Both the position numbers and the translations under genes were made by a program. The notes under the pieces were generated by a model. That model had not been told where the DNA came from and made no database searches. It was given only the letters and a program-made list of their open reading frames with translations. This document shows positions 26,016 through 39,412 of a stretch of DNA of 64,000 bases, piece by piece; within the stretch, counting starts at the first letter, position 1; each line of letters starts with the position of its first letter. This stretch comes from Eledone cirrhosa (Eukaryota), in the NCBI GenBank assembly GCA_964016885.1, contig OZ024740.1, positions 308,760,001 through 308,824,000 on the forward strand, written 5' to 3'.

Positions 26016-26139
26016 CTGGTCCGTACTGCGCATGCGCGAAGGCTGGTCCATACTGCGCATGCGCGATGGCTGGTCCATACTGCGCGTGGGCTGGTCCATA
26101 CTGCGCATGCACGTGGGCTGGTCCGTACTGCGCATGCAC
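26016..26139. repeat. CpG-rich 27/21-bp tandem repeat containing TGCGCATGCGC
   Basis: Five units of CTGGTCC(A/G)TACTGCGCATGC(G/A)CG... Confidence 0.9.
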
Positions 26140-26296
26140 AAATATATATATATAGACACACATACATACCACACAAATCGTCTTCCGAGGTTAGTGAAGC
26201 TATTATTAATCCTCCCCGGATGAAGTAACTTGCAAATTCTCCGTAATTCTTGAAATGTAATTATACATCTCACAGACACACTCTCTAGAATAGATA

Positions 26297-26328
<32 letters not shown>

Positions 26329-27189
26329 GTAAATAGACAGGTAGGTTGGCAGGTAGATAGATAGGTCGATAGATCGATACATAGATATATATAGGTAGGT
26401 AGATAGAAAGATAGACGATAGTGTGGTTATCTGTATATGTGGCTGTGTGTATGTATGTGAAGATGTGGAAATAAGGAAAGGATTATTTACTACAGTACCA
26501 ATGATTCAATCCACAGGTGTATATTCTCTTTACCATTGCATAAGTACATAGACTCACTCACACACATATATATGTATGTGTGGTGTGTTTATGTGTGTGT
26601 GCATAAGTGTTTATGTATATATATATATATGTGTGTGTGTGTATCTGTTTGCTTATGTGTGTGTGTGTGTATATGTGTGTTACTGTATCTGTGTATGTGT
26701 GCGTTTATGTCTCGTGATTGTAATGTTGAGAGTTCGAATCCCATCAGTGCATTGTGTTCTTGAGCAAGACACTTTATTTCGTCTTTCTTCTCTCCACTGA
26801 AGTAAAAAAAGTGTACTCTGCCAGTAAGTCGAAGAACCAATGTAGTCCCACCCTGAAACCCTCTATGATACGTGTCTATGGAATGCTCAGACACTCTCAC
26901 CTTAATTTCAGGCAGTTCCATTTGAGAAACCTAGCTGGAAGAATCCTCGTCGCAAGCGATAGGCTACCATCATACATATGAACACATAGACACACACACA
27001 CATTTCAAAGAGAATAGAAGAGATCAATAAAATAAGTACTAGATTTTAAAATATATGTACTGGAATTGAGGTCAAGAAAATCCTTTAATCGTGGTACCCC
27101 AGCATGGGCACAGTCTAACGTCTGAAACAAGTGCAGGCCGGAGAATTGTTCTTCCTCCTTCAATCTATGGTTCCCCTCGCTTCTACAGT

Positions 27190-30100
27190 GAGTGCTTTCA
27201 GAATTTGATGACACATGGGAAAGCCATCTTATTTCATCACAGTAACAACTAACCCTAACAGGGATGAAATAAAAAATAGTTTGCACCCTGGTGAAGAACC
27301 TAGAGACTGTCCTGATATTTGTGCAAGAGTCTTCAAGATCAAGTATGACAGCCTCAAGGATGACATACTGAAAAAAAATGTCCTAGGAAAAGCTGTAGCT
27401 CATTCTGCTACAATAGAGTGGCAGAAAACGAGGCCTCACTCATGCTCATATTCTGCTGATAATGGCTGAAGATAGCAAGCCCAAAACTGCTGATGCCATT
27501 GATCAGGTAGTGTACTGTGAGATTTCTGATAAAGAGACCAATCCAATTCTGCATAAGATCATCACATCCTGCAACATTCATGGCCCATGTGGACAAGCTA
27601 ATATGATGTGCTCATGTATGGAAGTGCTAGGACAACAACACCATTGCTCAAAAAGTTATCCCAAGGCATTCAGACAAACCACATTTGTTGCCGAAAATTC
27701 CTTTCCGGAGAATAGAAGGCATAGACAGCATGGTGGTCACACCCATACAATCCAACTTAAAGGTAAAGAATTTACTGTTGATAATCGTTCGATTGTTCCA
27801 TACAACCCTTTCCTCTCATTGAGATATCAGTGCCACATCAATGGTGAGGTTGACCACAGTGTCAAGGCTGTTAAGTACTTATATAAGTACATCTCAAAAG
27901 GATCAAACAAGATCACTTTCACTATTAAGGATGATGAAGGAAATTGTGTCCATGCCCAAAATAACATTGAGACCTATATCAACGCACGGTACATCTCAGC
28001 CAGTGAAGCATTCTGGAGAATCTATAAATTTTTATTACATCATCGAAAACTGCCAGTTGAAAAGTTGCCTTGCCATTTACCTGGGGAACAAATGGTCGTA
28101 TATGAGCGAGGGCAGGAAGAAAGTATTGTTTCTAGGGGACAGCCAATGACTAAGTTGACGGAATATTTTCAACTGAATATTAGAGACCCAATGGCACAAA
28201 ACATATTGTATATTCATATTCCTAAATATTTCACTTGGACAAACAAAAAGTGGCAAAGAAGAAAAAAGGGACATCTGGATGGTGATCAACAATTTATGAG
28301 TGAATCTCTTGGACGCATTCCAACAGTATCTCTCAACAGACATCAATCTGAATTATATTACCTCAGGATGATACTACATCACAAGGCTAGGTCAACTTCA
28401 TACAAAGATTTGAGGACAATTAAAGGAGTTGAATTTCCAACATTCCAAGAAGCATGCAGGAAACTTGGTCTGTTAGATGAAGATGGAGAAAATGACAAAG
28501 CTATAGAAGAGGCTTCGTCCATTACGCTTGGCCCTCAATTGCGAGAGATCTTCTGCACCATTTTATTGTACAGCATGCCAAATGACCCTCTGCAGTTCTG
28601 GGAGAAATGGAAGAATTGTCTTGCAGAGGATATCATGCATGAACGTCATGAGCAAGTCATGTCCATGCAAACCGTGCAGATTGTTCTACAGAAGATCCAA
28701 CAAAGACTTCAACATGATGGCTTGGACATTCATGCCAACTATGGACTTCCTTGGCCAGACCCAACTATTGTTGCCATACCAGAAATCAACATAAATGAAC
28801 TTCTGCCAATATTGAATCCTGAACAACTGGTTATTTTTCACAAAGTAATCACCTCTGTAAATGAAAATGAAGGCAGAATTTTCTGCTTGAATTCAAGTGC
28901 AGGTACAGGAAAGACCTATGTCATAAACATCCTATTGGATTACCTCCGATTTAAAAAAGAAAATTGCACTTACCACTGCCATATCTGGAATAGCAGCCAC
29001 TTTGCTTCACAAAGGTAGAACTCTTCATTCCAAGTGCAAGATTCCTCTCAATGTGACTGCTGAATCAACTTGCTTCTTCACAAAGAGGGATGACACAGGT
29101 AAACTTATGCAGCAAGCTGACCTGCTAATCATTGATGAGATAGGTATGGGACATAAGCATATCTTTGAATGCCTTGACAGGAGCTTCAAAGATGTTTGAG
29201 ATTGCAAAAAGCCATTTGGTGGTCTAACAGTATTACTATCTGGTGACTGGAAGCAAATTCTTCCAGTTGTGCTAGACCACAAATAGTTGAGGCAACGATC
29301 AAGAGATCCTATCTCTGGGACTATGTTGAAACCATGACAACCAATCAACAGTTAATTAATGCAGAGGATTCTGATGAAAGATAGTTTGCAAACTACCTTC
29401 TTGATGTGGGAGATGGTAACATTCCAACTGTTCCAACTGTAGGTGCATTCACATTCTTCTGCCAAATGAACTTTGTCTGGAATATGGCAATGTATCTGGA
29501 CTGTGGGATTGTGTGTATTCAAATCTTCCAGGAAACTACACAAGCCCACTATGGCTTGCAAATAGAGCCATTATCACTCCAACAAATGATGCAGCAAGAT
29601 TGGTGAATGAGTTCATGGTCAACAAGTTCCCTGGTCATGAAATAATCTACAGAAGCTCTGATATAGTAGATAATTGTTTCTACTTTTGGCACAAGGCCAG
29701 CAATTACCCAGTGTATTACTGGTACTTTATTTTATCGACCTCGTAAGGATGAAAGGCGAAGTTAACCTCGGCGGGAATGAACTGCAATATCCAATTGAAT
29801 TCATCAACAAACTTACCCCATCAGGCTTCCCAACACACATACTTAAACTGAAGAAAGGCAGTTGCATCATGCTTCTGAGAAATCTGGATCCTCTAAACAG
29901 GCATTGCAATGGTACACGCTACATCATCATCAGTTTACATAATTATGTAATTGAAGCTGAGGTGGCATTGGGTCCCAATGCTGGAACAAAGTTGCTAATC
30001 CCAAGGATACCACATGTATCTCAAGAGCTTGAGTTCCCTTTCACCTTTACTCGCAAGCAATTTCCTGTCAAACCAGCCTTTGCCCTTACAAGGCACAAGG

Positions 30101-30262
30101 GCAGACATTTGAAAAGATAGGTGTATATCTACCAACACAATTCTTCTCACATGGTCAGATGTATGTAGCATTATCACGAGTTACAAAAAAGAAAATATAA
30201 AAATATCAAATGAAAGGGGTCTGTTTGCTGACGACTGTGTCTACAAAGAAATTCTACAGTGA
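27190..30262 (+). pseudogene. Helitron RepHel (HUH Rep + Pif1-like helicase) pseudogene
   Basis: Rep motifs YFITVTTNP, EWQK/RGLTHAHILL and VKYLYKYISKG. Helicase motifs SAGTGKT, SGIAATLL..GRTLHS, IIDEIGM, PFGG..LSGDWKQILPV, RKQFPVKPAFA and FSHGQMYVALSRV. Frameshifts, stops and a SINE insertion. Confidence 0.93.
29675..29775 (-). mobile_element. 5'-truncated SINE family A inserted in the Helitron helicase ORF
   Basis: Splits SSDIVDN/ELQYPIEFIN, with AAT on both sides. Confidence 0.9.
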
Positions 30263-30749
30263 TGTGAAACAGCTATCACTCTCTTTTAGTTGAAATGTAT
30301 TTCAGTTACTTTTCAACTGCTAGAAAAGAGACACGACAAAAACTTAAGAAGTCTATATGTGAATACAGTAAAACAATAATATAGTGAAGGTCAACTCTAC
30401 ATATTGGTAAATGTAATTCATTCATTCATACCAGCAGCATCTATTTTCAAATTCCCTGCTTGAAGCTTCCCATCGATTTTCTCAAGTGAAGATTCATGAA
30501 CATTTTCCCGCAACAGTTTCATCGCTTTTCCATCTCCATTATCGCCTTTTTTTTAAATGTATCATGGATTACTTTACTGATTACAGAAGTAAGTGTAACA
30601 CAGTCTTTGTTCAGTTTATATGCATATTGTCAATTTACGTATTATATCTATGTGCATATATATTTGCGTATATCAATATATACACTATATATGGTAGCAG
30701 AAAACTGCCTGAAGGGCGGTTCTTCTGCTAGTGTTATAAAATAATAATT

Positions 30750-30883
30750 TCCAGCATAGTTACGTCCCTTTACAATCTGAGTTCAAATCCCGCCGAGATT
30801 GACTTTACCTTTCATCCTTACGGGGTCGATAAAATAAAGTACCAGTAATACACTGGGTAATTGCTGGCCTTGTGCCTAAAGTA
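30750..30883 (+). mobile_element. SINE family A fragment
   Basis: B-box GAGTTCAAATCCCGCC and the family body. Confidence 0.8.
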
Positions 30884-31177
30884 TTGTTTTAATTGTATGA
30901 AAAAGAATATCCCACATGTTTGATGTTGTGCTACATTATATCCTGTTATAGAGTATTGCATGACAATACACTATATAGTGTCACAATGTATAATAGAATG
31001 GTCCATATATTATGCTGGTGTCTAATAGACACATGATGTAAGGCTGTCTAACAGAATATTCCACATGTTGTAGAGCTGTATAATATAATATTTTACATGT
31101 ATAGATGTAGAACATAATATCTCACCTATGTATCTAATTCCATAATATTTCACATGTTTGTGTTATATATATATATG

Positions 31178-31210
<33 letters not shown>

Positions 31211-31333
31211 ACCCCGTAAGAGCATCAAGGGCTTCGAGCTGCGTCGCCGCTAGTAACTACAAGCTGCTCACATAATAACATATATATATATATATATAAC
31301 ACGGACGTTAAACGTTGATGATGATGATGATGA

Positions 31334-31374
<41 letters not shown>

Positions 31375-31378
31375 CACA

Positions 31379-31477
31379 CAGCTGTCCCAAAACGATGTAT
31401 ACACACTTTGATTACCTGTTCAGGCAATATTTATTAGAATGGTGTTGAAGTGTGTATACATTTTTGGGGACACCCTG
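31379..31477. mobile_element. ~100-bp Tc1/mariner-like MITE
   Basis: TIRs CAGCTGTCCCAAAA..TGTATACACACTT / AAGTGTGTATACATTTTTGGGGACACCCTG|TA. Confidence 0.7.
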
Positions 31478-32462
31478 TATATATATATAATGTAGTATGC
31501 TAGTATTGAACTACATATCCCATATGTTATGGTGCTGTATTAAAGAATATGTTCATTAATCTTGTGTCATAAAATATTCTACATGTATCATCAGAATGTT
31601 TCACAGAATGTTTCACAATGTTTCACATCAGAATGTTTCACACTGTCTACACGGTGGTATCTTTCATTGGTCTGTCAGCCATTGCTGCAACCTTTAGCAT
31701 GCTAGTATTTTTAGGAGTTGTTTCCCTTGATGTTACATTATCTATTAAGAGGAGATTACTCTATGGTGCCCTGTGTCACCAACAGTGCATTAAAGAATAA
31801 TGCATCATTCCACACATTTTGTGATTTCTACAAAATATTTTTCTATCACCTCCATCTATTTACATGTTTTATATACCCATGTATTTTTTTACAGACACTT
31901 ACAGTATTTTTCAGATGGTTAGTTTTGAAATTCTTCCTCAACAAACAAAGAATGGTGCTCCATGAGGACATATGGCTATTTTTAGTTCTTTAAACTTGTC
32001 AATATATTTTTAGTTTTTTTTCTTTTGTTTTGTTTTTGTTTTAACAGCAATTATGTTAGCAGAAGGAGAAAATATTTGGTTTCCATTTATGTTGTGTATT
32101 CCAAATGAAGAATGTGTAATGTTTGTGTGATTTTGATCAAATCTGTGATAGGTTTTGTTTTATAGCGAGTCACTGACCCCCTAGGACTCCTAACAGTTGT
32201 AAAAGACCACCTATAGCTACTTTGTCCAATTGCATTGGCTCTTTCTCTCTTTGTTGAGCGTGTATTACATTAATGTCAGAAATATTGCACTGCATTTAGT
32301 TGGATCATACTGCCTAGGTAGAGAATGGAGTTCTGGTACTTGTTTAACTCAAATGTCTGATTAGCTTTTGTTGACAGGTGAGTTATTGAGGCACACTCTT
32401 TTGTAACCAGACAATTGGAACTATGTTTGCATGTATGATTGTATATTTTTGTCTGTGTGAGC

Positions 32463-32531
<69 letters not shown>

Positions 32532-32539
32532 GAGAGAGA

Positions 32540-32670
32540 GAGGTATGTAAAATCCTGGCTGCTTGGCACTGCAATCGGGATTTTACATACCTCCATACTC
32601 ACTCTACATCTCCCCATGTATCAAGTACTCAGATGATTAGTGGTCTCCTCGGTCTCAGCACCACAGGCTC
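32540..32670. repeat. Unclassified ~130-bp hairpin-headed element embedded in microsatellite
   Basis: Perfect 16-bp stem GAGGTATGTAAAATCC / GGATTTTACATACCTC. Homologue at 42126-42250 and a truncated copy at about 33090-33122. Confidence 0.75.
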
Positions 32671-33189
32671 TCTCTCTTTCTATATATATATATATATATA
32701 GTATGAAAAATGGGTTTTATGTCAATTTATTCAGAAATTTTCCATTACAAATGTTTCAACAGGTTTGATGACTATACTGTGTGTTAGTTCCATAGCATCA
32801 ATCTGGATTCTTCAGATGGTTTCTCTGAACATTACTTTATCCACCCCTGGTTCTATGGAGCACCAGGAATGGAGAGATAGGGGACCTGATAAAATTGAAT
32901 CTCCTCTCTCTTCAATATCAGCTCCTCTGTATATACTCTACCTGGACCACCAGATAAAATCAGGGATGCTTCAGGCAGTTGAGTGTTTATCTCAGGATAC
33001 TCCGAGATCTACCAGTTGGAGTGTTGGATACAATGCCCTAATTGGTCATCTACCTGCCTATACTATATACATAGAAAGAGAGAGAGAGAGATATGTGAAA
33101 TTCTAACCATAGCACCAAGCAGTTTCAGCTTGTGTGTTCAGTATTATATTGTATATAAACACCTGAAAACACAATTGACAAACAGTAAA

Positions 33190-33800
33190 TGCAATCATGC
33201 AATCTTTTCAGACCATGAAACCAAATGTTGCATGTTCATTTTTGTGTGTATAAATGATAATAAATTAGCTCTGTTTATATATAAATTCTTTTGGTATCCT
33301 CCTGTCCAGCGTACGATATATGTGACTGAGCCAATGCAGACAGCACTGTTTGAGCAGGGTGTATATGCTGGGTGTCTTTGTGCAGTTAAGGACTTCAGTG
33401 TTGGGGACCTGGTCGGTCTATTTGATATCAAGACCTCTGTATGGGGAACTGACCACCAGACCTGGAGCATGAGGACAGCCCCATATCTGTTTCAAAAATA
33501 TCTGCAGGGGGGGATATGAAGTCAATAGATCTGGAAATCTAAAGATGAGAGGAGGTTGCTAATGATTGCAAGGGGAGGAGAAATTGAAACTTGCCTCTGA
33601 GGAACAGTGTGCTTGAAAAAAGAACTCAGTAGCACCAGAGGCGAGCAGCTTCAAATGCAGTCACTGTATACAAGACTGCTACTCCCATATGGGCTTGTAC
33701 AGCCTCAGCAGATGCTGTACTGCCATCAGCAGCTGACACAAAATTCTCCAGGTGCCTGTCTATGGTCTTTCAAGACCGACAGATGCCAATAATATATATA
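33190..33800 (-). mobile_element. Decayed RTE-like LINE fragment
   Basis: Minus strand reads CLHWLSHIYRTLDRRIPKEFIY, an RLRWxGH..R.PK-type C-terminal motif. Confidence 0.6.
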
Positions 33801-36769
33801 AAGTACTTTTTCTTCTTGTTGACACTCTTACAATTATATACTTCTCCAGCATATCATGTCTTTTGATGCCTAGTTCAGTTGCTTTCTTACCTGTGCTCAA
33901 ACTTTGTTGTAAGTTAACATAGCATACCTCAAGGATCTTTTCTTTAGTCCATGAATAGATTCTAATATGCAAACCATGTCATCAAATCCTGAGCCCCTTT
34001 ATCTGTGATTAGATGGTTGGATTTTACAGGTGACCACCACTACCACCATCATAATCCTCATCATAACATTCATATTTTCAATGTCATAGAGACATCTATT
34101 ACCTGACATATGTGTTTTCTGACAGCTCTGCCTTATCTTTCTCAGGCCTATACAAATGTTCAACTGCTTATCTCTGTACTTTTTAATCATCAAATCCATC
34201 AGAGATTAGTTTTGCTCTGCTGAACCATAGTCATCATGTATATTCCTTCTTTAGATCCAAAACATTGTAGTTGTCATTGTTATCATCCCCAACATCCTCA
34301 TCTGTAGATATTAAGATAGGTTCACCTACTGGTTAGGTATGTTGTTATTTCACATAAAACTTCTTTAACAATCTTATATTTGTCATATTTGTTTAGGTTT
34401 CCCCTTTTATTAATAAGTCATCTGTTGTTTAGTTCAAGGTCAACTCTCTGACCAAGAAGATTTTTGGACAAACATATTTCAGCCATGGCTATCCTGTTTT
34501 GTTTTTTTTTTGCTTTTTTTTCGGACATAGTATATCTAAGGCTACATTATACAAAGTGTCCTTTATTTTTTAAGTCAGTAGGCTGTGATTTGAAGGAAAT
34601 TTGCCTGCTATTTCTAACAGATCGTGTAGTCACATAAAGGCTTTCTTGTTGGTTCATTACTCCCTTTTGAGCCATCTTTTTGTGTTTGATGTCTGTATAT
34701 CTGTGTGTATATATTTATGTTGATTTCTCTGGCCAGAAATGAGGATAAATAAACAAACACTTCTAAAAGAATAGTGTCTTCTATATTTTATCTATTGGGG
34801 GGGGGGGGGGGGGTTCTTGCTGGGGTATGGTTTTGACTTCATATTCAGATATATGAAAATCGTACTTCACTGGTTTATTAAAAGAGAGAGTTAACATAGT
34901 AAGGACTTATGAATTCCTGCTGCTGATACCATAAAAAAGTGTACTTTGTCCAGAAAAATATTACGGCCCAATTGTTATGAGGTTAAGTGGTCTACTGAGT
35001 ATATTATCCTGAGTTAAAATCTTACTACTAGAGCTATGGTGTCGTGTCTCTTGAACAAAGCATCTAATTCTGATTATATCCAGTTAAACTATCCGGCATG
35101 AAAAATGTACATGTTCGGCTCTCTACTTCACAGTTAGTTATAAAAAGGAACATTCATCAGCAAAAACCATCAAAGATATTCTCAGAAAATTAGCATTGGG
35201 TACCACTACCATACTTATCTTTGAAAAAACTGGATAGTATACCAACTATACAATGCTTTTTGCATTGTTATTTGGCAGATGAAAACTTGTAATTAACCTG
35301 GCAAGTTTTCATTGTTGACTGTGTATAAGATGTTATACTTTCCATTACATAAATCTTTTTGTGCACCTCCTCCTTATCAGTACTTATTCCATGCTTTTTG
35401 TTCATTCCTCAAAAACTCACACTCAAATCCTTTTTTTGTTAATCTCATTTTGAAATTACTATGCATGTATGTATATATGTTGTACATTTCTTGTTTATGA
35501 GATGTGATTTCAAAATCACTGCAAATATTTCATTGTGTGCCTGTAGGTAGAGAGATGTTTTATGACATTGCATCAATTTGGCTATTAGTGGGAATAAAAA
35601 AACAGATTACCTAGGGATGTCTCCTGCACTAGACTAGCCTAATATACAAGAAGGAACTTGTATCTCTTAATTTAAATATGTTTTTGTTCCAGCTATGTGT
35701 ATAGATGTGTTTGAATGGAAGTGTATGTAGTAGAATTAGTTTGTCTGTGAGGATATATATATATAATAGATTTAAATGTTTATTATTATTCCAATCCTTT
35801 TTATATATCTATGTGCATATAGTAGACATGTATGTATGGTCCTCTAACTCCAGCTGTGTGTATTTCTGTTTATGTCTCTGTCAGTGTTAGTGTATGTTAA
35901 TTTATGCTGTAGTAGATCACTGTAGAGCACAGTTGTAGATCACACTTCTGTATATATGACACACCTATTGGTGTGCTATTTAGTTCTCTGCACCACACAC
36001 CTAAATTATAGGCTATGATTTATAGGTCATAAACATGCACAATATCACTATATGCAGTTTTTGTAGGCAGTCAAGATTCTTAAAAGGTCAGTTATAAAGA
36101 TTTAAGTCAAATCTCATTGTATGGTCAGTTATTGTTGATTAGTTCTCAAATCAGCCTTGATCAAGCAAATTTATAATCAATGATGTTCAACACATAATCA
36201 TCTTAATTTATATTCAAGCATAGTATATCTAGGATTGAATTTTTCAATGCGCCATTTCCTTGTTTTAAGATAACAGAATGTGATTTTAGAGAAATTTAGC
36301 TGCTGTTTCTATTTGGTTGAGCAACTGTGTAGTTGCTTATGTGTTATCAGTTTTCTAGACGTGTTATCTTACCTGTACTACAGAGCATATTGTCTTTAGA
36401 TTTATCACTTAGAAAATATGTGTTCTTTAAACTAATGACACTAACATATTTGCTGTAGGAATATTTGGTCACTACATTGATTAAATGCAACCATATAAAA
36501 TCTCTATTGCTACCCCTATGAGGTCCCTATTTTTAAGAGGGGTAAGGCCTTTGTTGTGGAAAATTCGAGTGACCCTTTGCTGGTTCAAGTGTATGCAGTG
36601 GCTTGTTGTTTTGTATGATTTAGTCTTTGTCACGTTGTGAAGATGTTATTCTTGTTGTAATTTGCCAGTTCAAACACTTGATATTTCCCAAGCAACTCAG
36701 CTCACAATCATTTTAAGAGTTTTTCCTTCATTTGCTTGTTTTTGTTTTGATTTTTTTTCTTGCCCTCAG

Positions 36770-36790
36770 AGAACGGCATTCATGTGAAAG
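36770..36790 (+). CDS. ASAP: ASAP 21-nt microexon A (phase 2-2), (R)ERHSCE
   Basis: Long U-rich tract, then ttcttgccctcag|AGAACGGCATTCATGTGAAAG|gtaagt. Consensus donor and frame-preserving. Confidence 0.75.
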
Positions 36791-39234
36791 GTAAGTTTAT
36801 GTCACCATCACTATTCTTGTTACCAACACTTTCATTATCACTAGCATTGTCATTGACACCTGCACAACCAGCATCACCATCAGCTCATCATCATCCCCCT
36901 ACCATCACTGCTACCATTACCAACATCATTACAATTATCATCATCATCATCATCACTTGCACTATTAATTTCCTAATCAGCATCAGCACCACTGCCACCA
37001 CATCACCATCATTATCTTCAATACCTTTATCTCAATTATTCCATTATCATTGCCAGAAATGTCTTGACCTCTCTATATAGTGAAAATGGTGATCTTATGT
37101 GTTCCTCTTGAATCCTCATCAGACTTCATCAGCTGAAATCTATAACATACTGGTCTAATGATATATCAGAAAGTCCATGAAGAACTGTCTTGGACGTCAA
37201 TGAGTTTTGGGAACATTTTCTAGATTGCTTATATAGGGATATTGAGGTGTGGGTGCCTCTACATGAGGGCTGTATGTAGAAGTTATTGCTATTGCTTAGT
37301 TCTAGATCTGCAGTCATCTATGGTCAAAGGTGTTTCAGCTTTGGCTATCATCTAGTTTTGTATATTTTTTTTACTACATTCACCAACATGCCCTTTCTTT
37401 TTTTAGGGTGAGGAAGATTTGACAGCTATTTTTAGCATGTCAAGCAACTGTGTAAAGACTTGTATGTTAAAGTATGTTATTACTGTTGTTCCTTAATACC
37501 TTGCATACTTGATGATATGGAACTACTCATTGCATGTCTCACATTAAATGACAGCCACATTGATTGAGACACATTAAAAAAAAACAAAGAGAATCAACTC
37601 AGGATTTTTTGCTATGACTCAAAGCACATGCCTCTTTAAGTAGATTCTCTGCAATCAAAGATGACACAGATGCAGACTTAATAAAATTGTTTTTTATTAA
37701 CGACCTTAATTGTGTTCTGATTCTCTCGGACCTGATTTGCCTTTTTGCAGTTAGAATGAGCATTTCCTCTTAGATCAGAAGTATTTTATGCTACTAGCAA
37801 GGACGTTCATCATTGGCACAACAAAATTTGCAAAATTTGTATGGTACATCCACTTCAACTACACATGGTCAGGTGGTTAAGGAATTCACTTTGCAACCAC
37901 TTGGTTCTGGATTCAGTCTCATTGCATGCCACCTTGGGCAAGTGATTTCTATAACAGCCTCAGGTTGACCAATGACATGTGAGTAAAATTTGGTGGACAG
38001 AAATTGTACAGAAGTCCATCATTTGTATATGTGTGTATTTGTGTGCCCATTCAAGTCTTTATTTATTTCATAAATTAGTAGTTAAAAAATGAGAGATTGA
38101 TAAAATAATTATGAAGCTTGAAAATATAAGTACTGGAGTTGATATGATTGACTAAATCTGGATGAATAAGCAACTCATGACCAACAGCGGTAAACTACTG
38201 TGGGAGATGGAGCAATGAGTAACACCTGATCACCCAAGAAAACTTTCACAACCCATTAGTGTAGCTATGACAAGGCGAGTAATGGTTGCCTCTAAAAAAT
38301 GCCTAGTCATCGCAGGTTTGAGAAAGTACCAGATTGGTGGGAGGTAAGAAAGAGATATTCTGTACTTAGTCTATAAATTTTGGATCAGTCTCAAAAGCAT
38401 CAGCTCCATTATTCAGATAAAGCTGACTCACAGACCATTAAAAGTAAATGTAAACCCTTTTCACAGAGTTGGACATATGGTTCATTGTAAGAAGAATATA
38501 ATGAAATGTCTTGCAGGTGCACCCTGGATTAACGTGGAGTTGTAAAAGAGACATAATCTGGATTAACGTGCAGTTGTAAAAGCTCAATTAATATCAATTG
38601 AACAAATACCCCCTAAATATCTTTCCTGGAGTACATCTGCTAAATATGATCATGTTTTCTATACAATGGCATTACCAACTTCTCCATCTCCTGTAGAGCC
38701 ACTATTGCTAATATTCAACCTCCAAAAACGTCCCATGCCATCAATACTATTAAATCATGTTAATCTTCACAGCAACCTAATGAGTAGTGCAACTCAAACA
38801 TGTAGGAGCTGCTGAATGACAAAGAGAATTTGGAAGCTACAAAGATATAACTAACATGATTTATCTTTCATGTTTGGAGTCATGCTGTATTTTTAATATT
38901 CTATTATTGATATGTAAAGATATCCAGTCAACATCTGTACACTGCATCTATTTAGCCAGTCTGTAATATCTTTGTTATGCTAATGTTGTTGTAATGTTGC
39001 ATGCATTTGGCATGATTGTACATAGTCATAACTAGATAAAGTTACTACTAGTTTGATGTTAAGAGACAGTTTTATAGTGGTCTGCCAGGGTGACATTGGT
39101 AAATTATGATGCTTAGTCATAACAGATGTCTGAGGTTTTGAATTTACTTTGTACATAGATATTTGATTGAACATTTTGGCACAAATGTTTAGAGGAATAA
39201 TATCTGCCCCTACTTTAGGATGTTGTTATTTATC

Positions 39235-39412
39235 TCAGTATTGGTAGAGGGTCGGACGCCATGCTTTGACGCATAGAGTTACGGCCTTTGCCATTCTGAG
39301 TTCAAATCCCGCTGAGGTTAACTTTGCCTTTCATCCTTACGGGGTCGATAAAATAAAGTACCAGTAATACACTGGGTAATTGCTGGCCTTGTGCCTAACG
39401 TAGAAACAGTTA
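39235..39412 (+). mobile_element. SINE family A (short variant)
   Basis: Closely similar to 1970-2155. TTATTTATCTC flanks both sides. Confidence 0.85.

Larger units (their letters stand above)
25923..30731 (+). mobile_element. Helitron (decayed, 5' boundary uncertain)
   Basis: Rep/helicase relic at 27190-30262. 3' hairpin AACTGCC-TGAAG-GGCGGTT followed by CTAG|T at 30728-30732. The 5' TC start near 25923 is tentative. Confidence 0.7.

Noticed and set aside
31895-31917. 23-nt AG/GT-bounded segment sharing ACACTTACAG with 19153
   Set aside because: Not a multiple of 3, and a 10-nt match can be chance.
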